Below are positions 30,708 to 64,000 of a DNA stretch of 64,000 bases, piece by piece. Where the stretch lies: assembly GCF_009914755.1 (NCBI RefSeq), contig NC_060946.1. One strand, given 5' to 3'. The notes under the pieces are model-generated. The model was not told where the DNA came from and searched no databases. It worked only from the letters and a program-made list of their open reading frames with translations. Both the position numbers and the translations under genes were made by a program. Each line of letters starts with the position of its first letter. The first letter of the stretch is position 1. This stretch comes from the human T2T-CHM13v2.0 reference genome, Homo sapiens.

Positions 30708-33700
30708 GCCCTATATGAACTCAAACTTCAGGAGCAAGGTGTGGCAGCTCCCACAGAGGTGAGAACCAAGACCCTCTGTGGTTGGAAGGGAGATTTGCAT
30801 ATGGATTAGCACAGTGTAAGGTAGGAGGCCCTCAGTGTCTTGGGGTGGCTGGAGGTGGGGTGTGGGGATAGGATGTTACTGGTGGGAGGTGAGACTTGAG
30901 AAGCTTTGGAATATGGAGATGGAGGTGAGGAGGGCAGGGAAGAGGACTCCAGGTGGTGGGCATGGTTGGAGCAAAAGGGTAGATGTGTTCAGGGACTGTG
31001 AGTGTCCTCTGTGGCCTGGGCATCATAGTCAGACTGCAGCATCCCTCAGCCTGGGAGTCACCAGGGGAGGTTCAAGATAACTTGGTGGAGACAGCTCCGT
31101 GCTCCTTCCCTTGAAGCTGAGGGTATTGGCCTGGGCAAGATCTGGGACTAGGACCTCCATCTGGCCAGGAAGGTGGTGGATGGGAGGGCTGGACAGGCTC
31201 AGTGGCCAGAGTGTAGAAGTCACCTGTCCACTCCAGGCCAAACCGTCTTTGGTCAGCAGCCACCACAGAGCGGGATGATGTGCTTTCCCAAGGATTTTGC
31301 ATGTGATGGTTTGAACACGGGTTATTTGGCTCCCTCTGAAAAGAGTTATTATTGGACTTATCCCCAGGAGAAGGGCATATTTGCCTGCAACCCTTCAGGG
31401 GGAAACAAACTTTTTCCACATATTTGAAGTTATGAGAGGGATTTGAAAGCAGTGAAGCAAGCATGTCCTGTAGAATGCCCTGGAATGCAGTGGCCTTTTC
31501 TCCAGCCAGTTTGGTATTCCTTCCGTTTTGCCTGGTGGCAGCTCTCACATTCCCTTCCACCTGTGTATTTGGGGCTGGATGACACATTGTTCCCTGTGTG
31601 GAATTTATTTGTTCTTAATTGTTATGCCCAAATATTGTGTCACATTGATCAAACTCCAAGAAATCAGAGGCACACAGCACTTGAGAGAATTACTCTGAGT
31701 CTTTCTTTCTGCTGCTTGGGGAAAAAATAGATTTTCCTTTGAATCTTTTGGCTGGACTTCAGCCAAAAATTGGGCAGACTTTTCCAAGTGCGTGAGAAGA
31801 TGCTGAAACTCCCTGGATGTGTTTTCCCTGCACACTCCCTCTGTTTATAGTTCCTGTTTATTGTTGACATTGGAAGGCTCCTGTTCTGTGAAAGAAAGCA
31901 ACGCAATCCTGCAAGGTCACTGAAAGGCAAAATGGTTCTTATGCACTAAAGTGCATGCATATGTCCCTCAGCAGGCTTTGATTGGTGTCCTTGTGTGTCC
32001 TGGGGGCTGAGCCAGATGCAGGGAACTCAGAGATGAACAGGCACAGGCTTGGACCTGGCCTTTAAGGAGCTCACTGTTTGGGGCTGAGGAGAGACTCATG
32101 TGGGCAGCACAGGTATGCTGGCCCATGCAGAGGAGAGAAGAGCTGTACCTGGGGTGGAGTAGGCACCTCACTGTTTCCCCGTGCCCCTTGGCTTACACCC
32201 CACCCTGCTCTGTAGCAAGCTGCCTTACCTTCCCCATGTCCTTTGTGTCACCCCCGAGGGCTCTCCCTTGGCCTCAGGGAAGCCTGTGTGCTGTGCTTTC
32301 CTGCCCCGCCGGCCTCATCTTGGGGTCTCCATGTGTGTCTGACTTCTCCACCTGGAGCTCCTCTGCATGGACCTCCTGCTGCTGTGCTGGGGCAGGGGTT
32401 GACCTGTCCAGCCCCCTGGCTTCTGGATCAGCTTTGGTCATTGCCTCTTGGGGCTGCCCTTGCCCCATCTCAAAGCCTCCCATTGCCATATAGCTTTCTG
32501 CTGACTACATCTTCCTGTCCCCATCACTGATCTTCCCATCTGTCTTCAAGCTCATAAAAACTCCCCGTCCTTGACCCCTCTGCTTTCTTCCTGTATACCC
32601 ACTCTTTCTGCTGGGCAGCCTCTCCTCTTTCTTGCTGGGACCCTATCTTCCTGACCTCTTAGCTTTCAGCACACGCATCTCCAACGCCCTAGCCAGGATC
32701 AGCTCACTTGTGTCCCCCTGTGGGCACTTCTCAGCTGCTGATGGACAACATCTATAGATCTATAGCTGTGTAGGCCGTGGCCACTAAACAGTCATGCTTT
32801 ACACCCACTGGGCATGCCAGACCCACAGGGGCGCTTAGAGCAGAGTGGGTGCAGAGCTCTGGGCAGCTGATGGCTGGGACCTCAGATGATGTCCTGGGCC
32901 ACAGATCAGGAGACTTCCCTGCTGGGCTGGAGATGTCCAGGGCCCCATATCACCAGAGAGACCAGAGCTCACCACAGGACCAAGCAGCCTTTCAAGAGAG
33001 TCCTTATTATCAGATTCTCATTCCTTTCTTATCCTTTATTAGAAAAATTCATATGAGGAAGGGCATGGAGTTTTCTGCTGTTCTGATGAGGAATCAGGCA
33101 ACCCCAGGACCGTGTGATTGGTTGTTTAAGCAGCTTCCGAAGTGTAGGCCTCCTTTGACTTCGGGAAGCTTTGTCTTATTTCCAGCTGCCATCTGGTGGC
33201 TGGATTGAGGCCCTTCTGAGGGCATGTTGAGTCAACCAGGGCTGGCTTGCTCACCTGTCTTTATAAGGTCCCCACAGGGTCATCAGAATGTGAGACCTCT
33301 GGGGAGAAGAGTCCAACCAGGAGAAGGAACTTTCACCTACGCAGCCCCCACCCTCCAAGAGGGGCAAACCTGGCCCAGGGACTGGTCGATTGTGCCCCTC
33401 TTCAGCGTTCCCCTCCCTGTGCCACTCATTCTTCCAAATCCTGGTGTCTTGGTGCCTCTGCTAGGATTGCACCCCACCCGTCTCAGCCCTCAGGTCCACC
33501 AGGGCCCTTGGCCATGGAGCTTGTCCTCAACCCCTGGGCCTCGTTCCCTGGTCGGCATGCTCTTGCATCTTCAGCTGTGCCTTAACGTGGAGCACCAGTC
33601 CCCACGCAGCCTGACCCCACTAGGCCCTGTCCACCTCTGCCCCCACATGGTCACCTCCAGACTCTGTGGGCTCTGGCTCAGTAATCTTAAAATCAGAAGC

Positions 33701-33899
33701 CCTGTTCTGGCCACCACAGCAGTTACCCTTCCAGTGCCCTTCCAGATCTGACTCCTCCAGGTGGCAGTTGCGTTTTTCTTTTCCTTTCTCACTTGGCCTC
33801 GCCCTGTGGTTCATCCCTGCTGGGGTGAGTTCTTCCTCTCTCTCCTGGTTGTCTGGCTTCCTTCACACCTGTTTGTCCTCTGTCTAACCATGGGGCAGC

Positions 33900-34410
<511 letters not shown>

Positions 34411-34530
34411 GAAGTAACATTGTCAGTCTTTGGGTGATGACCTGTCAGTTCTGCACCTTCTACCTTCAGGCAGGGGTGATAGGGCCCTTTGCTGAGCACA
34501 CGTACACATGCTATGCAGCCACGTTCTGCA

Positions 34531-40319
<5,789 letters not shown>

Positions 40320-40569
40320 CTATTTTCCTCAAGTCTGTTTACCCTCCAGGGAGAGGCCATTCAGGAAAGCCTTCTCTGAGCCAGCCTCCTGCCTGGGCCA
40401 GATGTTTGCTCCCAGGTGTTTGCTCCTTGGCTCAGCCCCTCGAGCATGGTAGCGTAGCAGTTAGTCTGAGCATGGGCTTCCTAGAGCCTCAGAGTCCCCG
40501 CTTGTCAGTCCCCTAGAAGCTTCAATTCTGTGCTTCCCAGGGTCCCTTCAATCAAAGATTTCTAAGTCA

Positions 40570-40800
40570 GTGGAAGCAGAGATGCTGGAGCCAGCCTGCC
40601 TGGGTTCAAATCGTGGCTCCCACACTTACCCACTGTGTGACCTTGGACAAGTTGCTTGCTGTCTTTTGCATCATTTCTCTCCTTTGTAAAATGGGTTTCA
40701 TGATAGAACCAACTCTTAGAGGTGCTGTGAGGATTAGTTTAGATAATGTGTGAAGAGATCTTGGCACACGGCTTGGCAAACACTCGACTAAAGTAAGCTG
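40570..40800 (+). mobile_element. MIR
   Basis: gcctgggttcaaatc...ctgtgtgaccttggacaagtt...ctttgtaaaatggg...gtgaggatta core. Confidence 0.85.
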
Positions 40801-40932
40801 CAGTTATTGATAGTCACTTTCGCAGCTTTAAAATAATACAGGTTCCCAAGAAGTCCCCTGCCCTGCTAAAACAGAATGAGAATGACTTTTGGGTGCAGAG
40901 GGTATTTGTATTTTTTTTCAAAAGCTCCTTGA

Positions 40933-41429
<497 letters not shown>

Positions 41430-41530
41430 TCCTGGGGGACCTTGACCCCCAGCCCACTTGGGGTCTCTGCTCCCAACTCCCTGGTCCAAAGGCAAACCTC
41501 CAAGTCAGAAAAGAGATAGTATCCTTTTAC

Positions 41531-41549
41531 TTGACACAGGGGGGCGCTA
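41531..41549 (+). promoter_or_regulatory. CTCF-like motif (forward orientation)
   Basis: ttgacacaggggggcgcta versus consensus TGGCCACCAGGGGGCGCTA; CpG retained. Confidence 0.6.
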
Positions 41550-41639
41550 GAAGATGGCTTGTTCGCTTTCTTTTCTGTAACTCAGTGTCTAGGGAAGCAC
41601 CAGCAGGTTGGCTGGCTTGCAACAAATCTCTCCGTACCT

Positions 41640-41998
41640 GTGAGTCATTTTCTGATGTTCAGGTTTGTAAGAAACCGATACAGAGCTGGCCACCTCCCTC
41701 TTGGGCCTTCACTTCTGGGGGGCTAGCCTAGCGCCTCAGGGGCTCCCCGGTTCTCGCCTCCCCTAGGCTCGCCTACCCTCCATTGATGTCATAACTCTAT
41801 TCTGATATCACAGCCCAGCACTTGGAATTATCCCAGGCAGCCCAGGCTCTGCCCTTAGAGCAACTAGAGCAGGCAGTAGAGTGGGGTGGGCGGGGATGAG
41901 GAGGGGGTTGGGTGGCTGGTGGCCCTAGAGGCTGGCCCTAAAGAATACCTGGACAGCCTGCCACCCTATTGCTCCAAAATGAAAATCCTCTAACAGGT
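41640..41998 (+). promoter_or_regulatory. Candidate intronic promoter / alternative first exon
   Basis: AP-1 TGAGTCA at 41641-41647, CRE-like TGATGTCA near 41784, GC box plus G4 at 41883-41912, donor CAG|GTAGGA at 41997. Confidence 0.4.
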
Positions 41999-42654
41999 AG
42001 GACTTGGAAGAATTTCCTCCTGTTCCTGTTGGGTGTGATCCCACTGAGGTGGAAATAAATTCCCAGGGAGTGTGGCGTTGTTCTGGCTCTGTAAACAGCT
42101 CTCGGGAACCCTGCTGCCTGTGTGCCTGGGGATGCAAGTGGGCTTGGTCCACTTACCAGTCCTCTCTTCCCGTTTGAAGGAATGACTTCACAAAGCACAG
42201 TGTTTCTTACTTGTTGGGGGAGACATTCCTTAGGGCTTGGAGAATGCCTGCAGATACTGATCCAGGTTCTTCTGTGGCCACTGCCTCTGTCCTCACTCCC
42301 TAAGAAGATGGATGGGAACAGGGTTATGCTCTCCTTAGAACAAAGGGAAAATATAGGTGCATTCAAGCTATTGACCCTCAGACCCCTCAGTCCTGAGGAG
42401 GAGAGAAGCCCCATCCTCCCAGCTGGCCAGACAGTATAAAGAACTCTCTTATGAACTCACTTGAGTGAAAATTTGACTGGTATGGATTAAACAACACAAG
42501 AAAAGAAAACTGAATAACTTCTCTCTTACTTTGAGGGACATGAAGTCTTCCTGGGGGAGCATGTTAAAACTGCAGATTCCTAGGGCAGGACCACTGAGAT
42601 TCAGATCCGATGGTCATATGGCACCTAGGGACCCCCATTTTAATTTTTATTTGT

Positions 42655-47283
<4,629 letters not shown>

Positions 47284-47465
47284 TTAAATAATACAAAACA
47301 GTCTAGGTGAGAGGGAAGCACGTGGAACAGCTTCCAAATGCCAGTCGTCATCACTACCATTCCAGGCTCTTCAGCTCAGGTCCTTAGTTGACAACAGATC
47401 TGTGTGTGATGGTCTCATGCATGTGGGATGTCTTCTACCCACACTGGATATACCTCCATAGACAG

Positions 47466-48127
<662 letters not shown>

Positions 48128-48555
48128 TACAGGGATCTGTTTTACTAATTAGTTTTTTAAAAATTATTTTTTCATGGTTTTCTATCCAGGGTCAACTGGT
48201 GGCAGGGAACAAAACCCCGCTGAGACTGGCTGAAACACAAGTGGGGCCTGTGCTCAGGGTGCAGGAAGTGGAGCATCCAAGGGGAGAGGTGTGTCCACAG
48301 CTGCTCTCTCTGACACCCCCATTTCTGGTTCTCTCCCGGTGTCCCCTCTGTGTCCTTTCCCTCTGTAGCCTGGTTTCTTTGTTCCTCCATAATTTCGTTC
48401 TGTAGGTGGGCCTGGCCTGCCCTGGCTCTTGCCTGGCTTTGTGGCTGCCATCTCTGGCTCCAGCTTCAAATTCTTAGGTAAGAGGCTCTGGCACAGCTCA
48501 GAGCAGGTACCCTGCCCTGGCCCGATCCAGCATGGTCATTGCGGCTGCTTGAGTC

Positions 48556-48621
48556 ATCTCGGCTCATTGCAACTTGCCGCCTTCCAGGTTCAAGCGATTC
48601 TCCTGCCTCAGCTTCCCAAGT
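48556..48621 (-). mobile_element. Isolated internal Alu fragment (about 65 bp)
   Basis: atctcggctcattgcaac...ttcaagcgattctcctgcctcagcttcccaagt with no head or tail. Confidence 0.8.
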
Positions 48622-50395
48622 CAAAGCAGGGCAAGGTCATGCCTGAGGGGCCACCAAAGTATATATAGCGAGGAAGCCTTAAATCCTGTCCCCGTTGCTG
48701 GCTCTTCCTGAGACTTGGTCTCTTCCAAGAAGCCTTCCATGACCACCTCTAGTCCTCTCCCTGCCATCGGCAGGAGGGCAGGCAAAAGTCGTTTGGGCTC
48801 CATGTCCACTGAGGCTGCCCCCTTACCTGTGTCTAGCCCAGGCCAAGGAACCATGGTGGGCTCAGACCCTCCTCTGGAGGGAGGCCAGGCTGACAGGCAG
48901 GCATGACAACCATAGATTGTGGAAGAGAAACTTTGGAAGACAAGGCAAGTTGCTGAGGGCACAGGCAGGAATCATAGAAGCTTCCAGAGGCTCCAGAGGG
49001 GCAACCTGGGGTGCTGGGGAGGGCCTGATGAGCACAGGAAGGGCTGAGTCCAGTGGAGGCTGGCTCTTGGCAGCACAGTGGCGGCCCCTGCCCATGTATG
49101 GCACACCTGAACACAGTGGCACCTGCAGCCCAAGGCTTCCATGTGGTTCCAGAGCCTTGGGCTGGTGTGAGCTACTGTACTTCTCTGTAGGGGCCACCTG
49201 CCAGTGGGGGTGCCAATAGGTGGGCTCCAGGCTGTCTTCATTTGTCAGCCTAGGTTGCTTCCCTTGTTCTGTGGCCAGTGGTCTTTGGTGAAGGATATCT
49301 GTTTGCAACATGAGATCCATCCACCGCAGATGATTTGAAAACCATTGGTCCAGAGCTTCCACCTGAATCAGGATTAGCTATAGAAACTGAGGCTGAGCTT
49401 GAAGGTGGGAAGGGCTCAGGCTTGGGCTCAGGCTGTGGCAAGAGGCAGGACCTGGCTGTTTCATGATCTCCCTGCTCTCCACGGCTTGGAGCCAGCTCTC
49501 CTTCCATGGAAAGGACAGAGGCTGTGCTTGTCCACAGGCCTCAATGCCTAGACACAGAAGGAACATTCTCTCTAGCCCCCAGATGTTTGGTGTGCACAGT
49601 GCCACATCAGTAGCCTGCCTTAGTCCAGGTGACAGCAGAGAAGGGTATAAGGGCCATCAGACAGCCGCAAGCCAGAGAATCAGGCCAGAGACAAGCCCCT
49701 GCGGCAGGCTCTGCTCTGACCTTGCAGGCTGGAGTTGGCGATTCACTGTGGCCTCAGGCACTGCCCTCTGGAGAGCCTGGATGGATCCTGCAAGTTGGGA
49801 CTCCCGTGGGTGAGCTCTGGTTTTAGTGACTGAGTGGTGGGTTTTCCTTCCCCCACAGCAGCCACCTTACATTTTTCTTCAGAAGATGGTCAGAAACACT
49901 TAGCTCAGAAATGAGATAACCTCTCCTGAGGAATAAGGGTATTCATTTTAATTAGGCTCTTGAGTCTTGGTACCGTGCCTGTCGTGGAAGACCTGCAGCC
50001 ACAAATGAGCCCATCTTTCCTTGTCTCTGTTAAGCACCAGAAGCAGGGAAGCCAGGCTGGCCCGTGGGATGTCTTGTAATGAATGAGGCAGCTCTGTGTC
50101 ATAGAGAACTCCTGTGCAGAGATGTTTTGTGAGCTCAGCCAGAAGTGTCACCTTCAGAGCCTGGCCACAGAAGCCCTCAAGTCCTACCTGTCCTAGGAGC
50201 AGCCCTGCTGGCTCTGGGCGAGCCTGGGACTGGTTAGGCCTGGCTTTGAGGACACTCTGAGGTCTGGGTTTCCCTCTCCTCAGCTGAGTGATGTCCTCTG
50301 CCTCTCTTGGCCTCAGCACCTCGGCTGTTAGCTGGCATGAGCCCCATGCCCTGTGAGGTGTCACATACCACACGGGGAACGGCTGCTCTTGTTAA

Positions 50396-50949
<554 letters not shown>

Positions 50950-52935
50950 TCTTAAACGCCTTTTTATCCAGGACACCCTCCTGACTCCCCAGCCCAGGTC
51001 AGCTTCCCACGTAGTGGAAAGAGTGCTATACAACTCCTTCATAGCACCCACCCTAGTTGCACTGATTATTCACCTGTACAGTTATTTAGTGTTTGACTTC
51101 CCTGATAATCCATAGCAACAGGAGGGTGGGGATTGTGACAACTGGCTTGCCACTGAATGCCCAGTGCCTACCACCCTGCTTGTCTCAGAGTAGACATGCT
51201 CGAATTATTTGTTGGAGGAATGGGGGAGGGAAGGAGGGAGAGAGAGACTGCATGAATGAATGAGTGTGAGAAGTGGGCGCTGGTGCTCTGGCCAGACACA
51301 GTGGTCACTTTGGTCCACAGGCTCTGGGTGTAGAGGCTCTGGGCCACATGGATAAGCAGTCTCGGGGTCCTCACAGAGCCAGCTTGGAAAAGCAAGTCCT
51401 TCCAAAGGATATCACCGAGTGTGGGAGGCCATGAGGGACTTCAAGGTGACTCCAGAGAGCTAAGCTAGAGAGGCACTCCAGCAGGGGCAGTGGAGTCCTT
51501 AGCAAGGGGCAGTCCGGTGGCAGTCACCATATTAGCCCTCCAGCTGCTGCCATTTGTGTGAAGCGCAGTGGGGGCCAGGGATGCTTGGCTGTTGTAATAA
51601 CACAGGTGTCTGAGTTTGTACCTATGCAAGATCAATGCTTAATGGTCTTCCTCTCCCGAGTGGAGGACCAGTGTCATGGGTGGTCAGGACAGTCCTGACC
51701 ACCAATGAGAGGTGGCTCATAAGAGAGAGGAGGCAAGGCTTGGACTCCCCAGGGGGGCTGGGCCCTTCCTTGGCTACGTAGCTGTGGTACCTGGGCAAGC
51801 CCACCAACTCCTCCAAGCTCTAGCTGCCTTGTCTCTAAAATAAGGATAGTTCCAGCCCTAGCCTACCTGACATCCACTGCGGGGACAAATGAGTGTGTGC
51901 TGGCGAAAGCCTTGCCTAGGATCACCATTGGAGTTGTTGTCATTTATAGGGGTAGCCAACAATAAAGTTGGGCCCTTCTCAACTCCTCTGTGAGGTGACG
52001 GTCATTGTGGAGAGCATTGTCATTGGAGTTAAGTGCCCAGGCCTCAAGCTAGCCAGTGGTTTGTGTTATGAATGCGCCACCACCTTGGGGCCCTTCAGTC
52101 AGAATGCTAGGAGCAAAAGGTGTGTCCCTAAACATTTCTGCCTTTTAAGAAAACGCTTCAAGTTTTGTAAAAATATTTGATGGAAAAAGAAAAGCACAGA
52201 CCGTGCAAATCCCCTCAAATCTACTCACCCAGCAGTAATGACAGTTAAATCTTCACTGCAAGAATTCCGGACAATCTAGATATAGAATTTTATATCAGTG
52301 GGAGAATCCCAATATTTGGTTTTATAACTGACTCATTAAACTTGACAATATGTTGTGGATATTCCATGTCAATGAGTATACATCTGTGGCACCACTTTTT
52401 CTAAAAAGATGAATTTTATTATGTATACTTAGGGCATTCAATAGATAATAAAATGGTTACCAAACAATGAGTAACTATGTGAGATGATAGCATCACTTTT
52501 TATAGTATTTTATTATGGAAAAGATCTAACATTTCTATGCATGTAGATATACACGTATATGGTCCCCGTTCTCATCACTTAGCTTTCAATGATGTTCAAT
52601 TATGGCCAATCTTATTTCATCTCAGCCCTTCCTATTTCCCCCATTATTACTATTTTAATATTGTGATAAATACATACGACATTGAATTTACCATTAAAGG
52701 CATTTAGTACATTCACAGTGTTGCGCGGCCATCACCTCTGCCTAGCTCCAGAACGTTTTCATCACTCCAAAGGAAACCCTGCACCCACTAAGCAGTGACT
52801 CCCCATTTCCTCTCTCTCAGCCTGTGGCAACCACTAATCTACTTTCCCCACTATTATTTTACAGCAAACCCCATCTGTGCACATTTCACTGTGTGTCTCT
52901 AAAAAACAAGGAGTCTTTTAAAAACACAAAATCGA

Positions 52936-54030
<1,095 letters not shown>

Positions 54031-54444
54031 AATAAATATCACTGTTAATGGTGCATGATATTTCATTAAATAGATATAGTGTACGTCGCTGAAACATTTT
54101 TGAAAATGTTTGCCAGTTCATTCAGTTGCATTCTGGTTGTTGGCAATATTTCTCTACTATCAACAGAAGGCACTGGGACAAGCATTTCTGTGCTCACTTT
54201 TTTTTTTTTCCTTTTCTTTTTTTGGAACTGGTGTGATTATTTCCTAAGGGTAAATTCTTAGAAAAGGGATGGCTGGGTCAAGTGCATGCTTCACATTTTG
54301 ATACTGTTGCTGAGTTATCCTCCATCAATGTTGTTCCAGTTTACACTCCCCTTGGCAGAAAATGCATGGCTTAGTTAAGGGAAGATACTTCCTGGAAATA
54401 TTCACGTTAATCCTTTCCCCTAGCTCAAGTAAAAGTACCACTAC

Positions 54445-55184
54445 TGCCTAAGACCATGGGAACCCACCTCTTGCATCAGCGTGACCTGGATGTGAGACCT
54501 GGAGTCAAAGGAGATCATTTTGGAGCTTTAAGATCTGACTGCCCCACTGGATTTGACTTGTATAGGGCCTGTGGCCTCTTTGTTTTAGCCAATTTCTCCC
54601 ATTTGGAATGGCTGTATTTACCCAATGCCTGCACCCCCATTGTATCTAGGAAGTAACTAATTTGCTTTGGATTTTACAGGCTCATAAGCAGAAGGGACTT
54701 GCCTTGTCTCAGATGAGACTTTGGACTGTGGACTTTTGAGTTAATGCTGAAATGAATTAAGACTTTGGGGGACTGTTGGGAAGGCTCGATTGGTTTTGAA
54801 ATGTGAGGACATGAGATTTGGGAGGGGCCAGGGGTGGGATGATATGGTTTGGCTGTGTCCCCACTCAGATCTCATCTTGAATTCCCACATGTTGTGGGAG
54901 GGACCCGGTGGGAAGTGGTTGAATCATGGGAACGGGTCTTTCCTGTTCTGTTCTCATGATGGTGAATAAGTATCACGAGATCTGATGGTTTTTAAAAAGG
55001 GGTGTTTCCCTGCACAAGTTATCTTCTCTTGTCTGCTGCCATGTGAGACGTGCCTTTTACCTTCCACCATGATTGTGAGATCTCCCCAGCCACGTGGAGC
55101 TGTAAGTCCATTGAACCTCTTTCTTTTGTAAGTCTCCCAGTCTTGGATATGTCTTTATCAGCAGTGTGAAAATGGACTAATACA
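54445..55184 (+). mobile_element. THE1 (THE1A-like): 3' end of internal region (54445-54839) plus 3' LTR (54840-55184)
   Basis: THE1-int motifs catgggaacccacctcttgcatcag and PPT gggaggggccaggggtggga, then TGATATGGTTTGG...GGACTAATACA. ACTAC at both ends. Confidence 0.9.
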
Positions 55185-55594
55185 ACTACTCTTCCATCTG
55201 TAAAGAAATGCCTGGTCACACTGGACTGAGGGTCTCCCAGATGCAGTAGCAGCTCAAGGCCATTGCTTGATAACCAGATGCTGGAGAAAAATGCCATAGT
55301 GCCCACAGTGACAGCGCATGCAGCCCTCCTGCTAAGGGAGGGCCAGGAGCAGTCAGGGAGAGTGATGGCAGCAGCTGGGGAGAATAGGCAGACAGAAAGC
55401 CCTATTAGTGAAGCTGGGCTGGTTCACACACGTGCTCATCAGTCTGGAAGCCCAGGAAGCCAGTGGGAGGAAATCGATGCTCTGTCTTTTGGAGGAGAGG
55501 GAGGAAGAAGGAATTGGTGAAAAAAATGATCCTCCACTATTCACTTCAACTTGATTTTCTATGCTATTAAAAATGTTATAGTGACATTAAAGGA

Positions 55595-60500
<4,906 letters not shown>

Positions 60501-60907
60501 TCCCAGGCTGGGGGACAGAATCAGCCATCCCAGGACAACCCGAGGAAGTGTCAAACACAGGTTCTCCTGATGAGCAATACTTATTTTGCCTTTCAAAAAT
60601 GATTGTATGTTTTCTCAGACATGACAGTGTCTGTTATGTCCTTTCTGCTTCAAAGAGTAGGGAACCTGTGGCTTTTTTTTTTTTTTTTTTTTTTCTGGAG
60701 AAAAGGCAAATTATTGTGTATACAGGGAGAATCACAGGGCAATTGCCCAGGAACCTGTGTGCATATGGTCCTATTCATTGGTATCTCGGGGAATTTAGTG
60801 AAGGCAGCTCACTGCAGACACAGGATCTTGCCTCTCAGGTTCTGCCTGTTTTCATTCCCCGAAGACATAAAATACCACATCTCAGAGGCAGGGAGTCTCA
60901 TTCAGAG

Positions 60908-63197
<2,290 letters not shown>

Positions 63198-63253
63198 GCT
63201 TAATCTTTCTGATTTAGAAAGTTTGCTTTCTTGCTAAATTTTATAGAGGTTAG

Positions 63254-63976
<723 letters not shown>

Positions 63977-64000
63977 TGACTGTACATCTCTCTGTGCCAG

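Overview
Primate, almost certainly human, genomic DNA lying entirely inside the OSBP2 (ORP4, oxysterol-binding protein 2) gene, which is on the + strand. The only protein-coding sequence I can support is one 209-nt internal exon (18763-18971) encoding the C-terminal part of the PH domain (NQGEMAHTCRGTINLSTAHID...WITALELAKAKAVRVMNTHS). Everything else is intronic and very repeat-rich. It contains about 75 Alu elements or fragments, old L1/L2/MIR pieces and a decayed ERV-L provirus with remnants of both LTRs, integrase and dUTPase. It also contains ERV1 LTRs (LTR8, MER41-like, two MER4), three sense-oriented THE1 MaLR LTRs, a palindromic MER53, microsatellites and a 56/57-bp minisatellite. Almost all ORFs in the supplied track are Alu/L1/low-complexity artefacts. 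I found no novel multi-gene system. The best leads are: a candidate internal promoter/first exon with a CTCF site at 41.5-42.0 kb; sense THE1 LTRs with a DUX4 site or a splice donor that could start PH-less OSBP2 isoforms; a truncated THE1 that keeps its 5-bp TSD; a tandem GYNGYN donor and circRNA-type architecture at the exon; and a CTCF motif inside the ERV-L integrase. Repeat subfamily names come from my recall of consensus sequences and need RepeatMasker/Dfam confirmation. Repeat boundaries are approximate unless a TSD is given.
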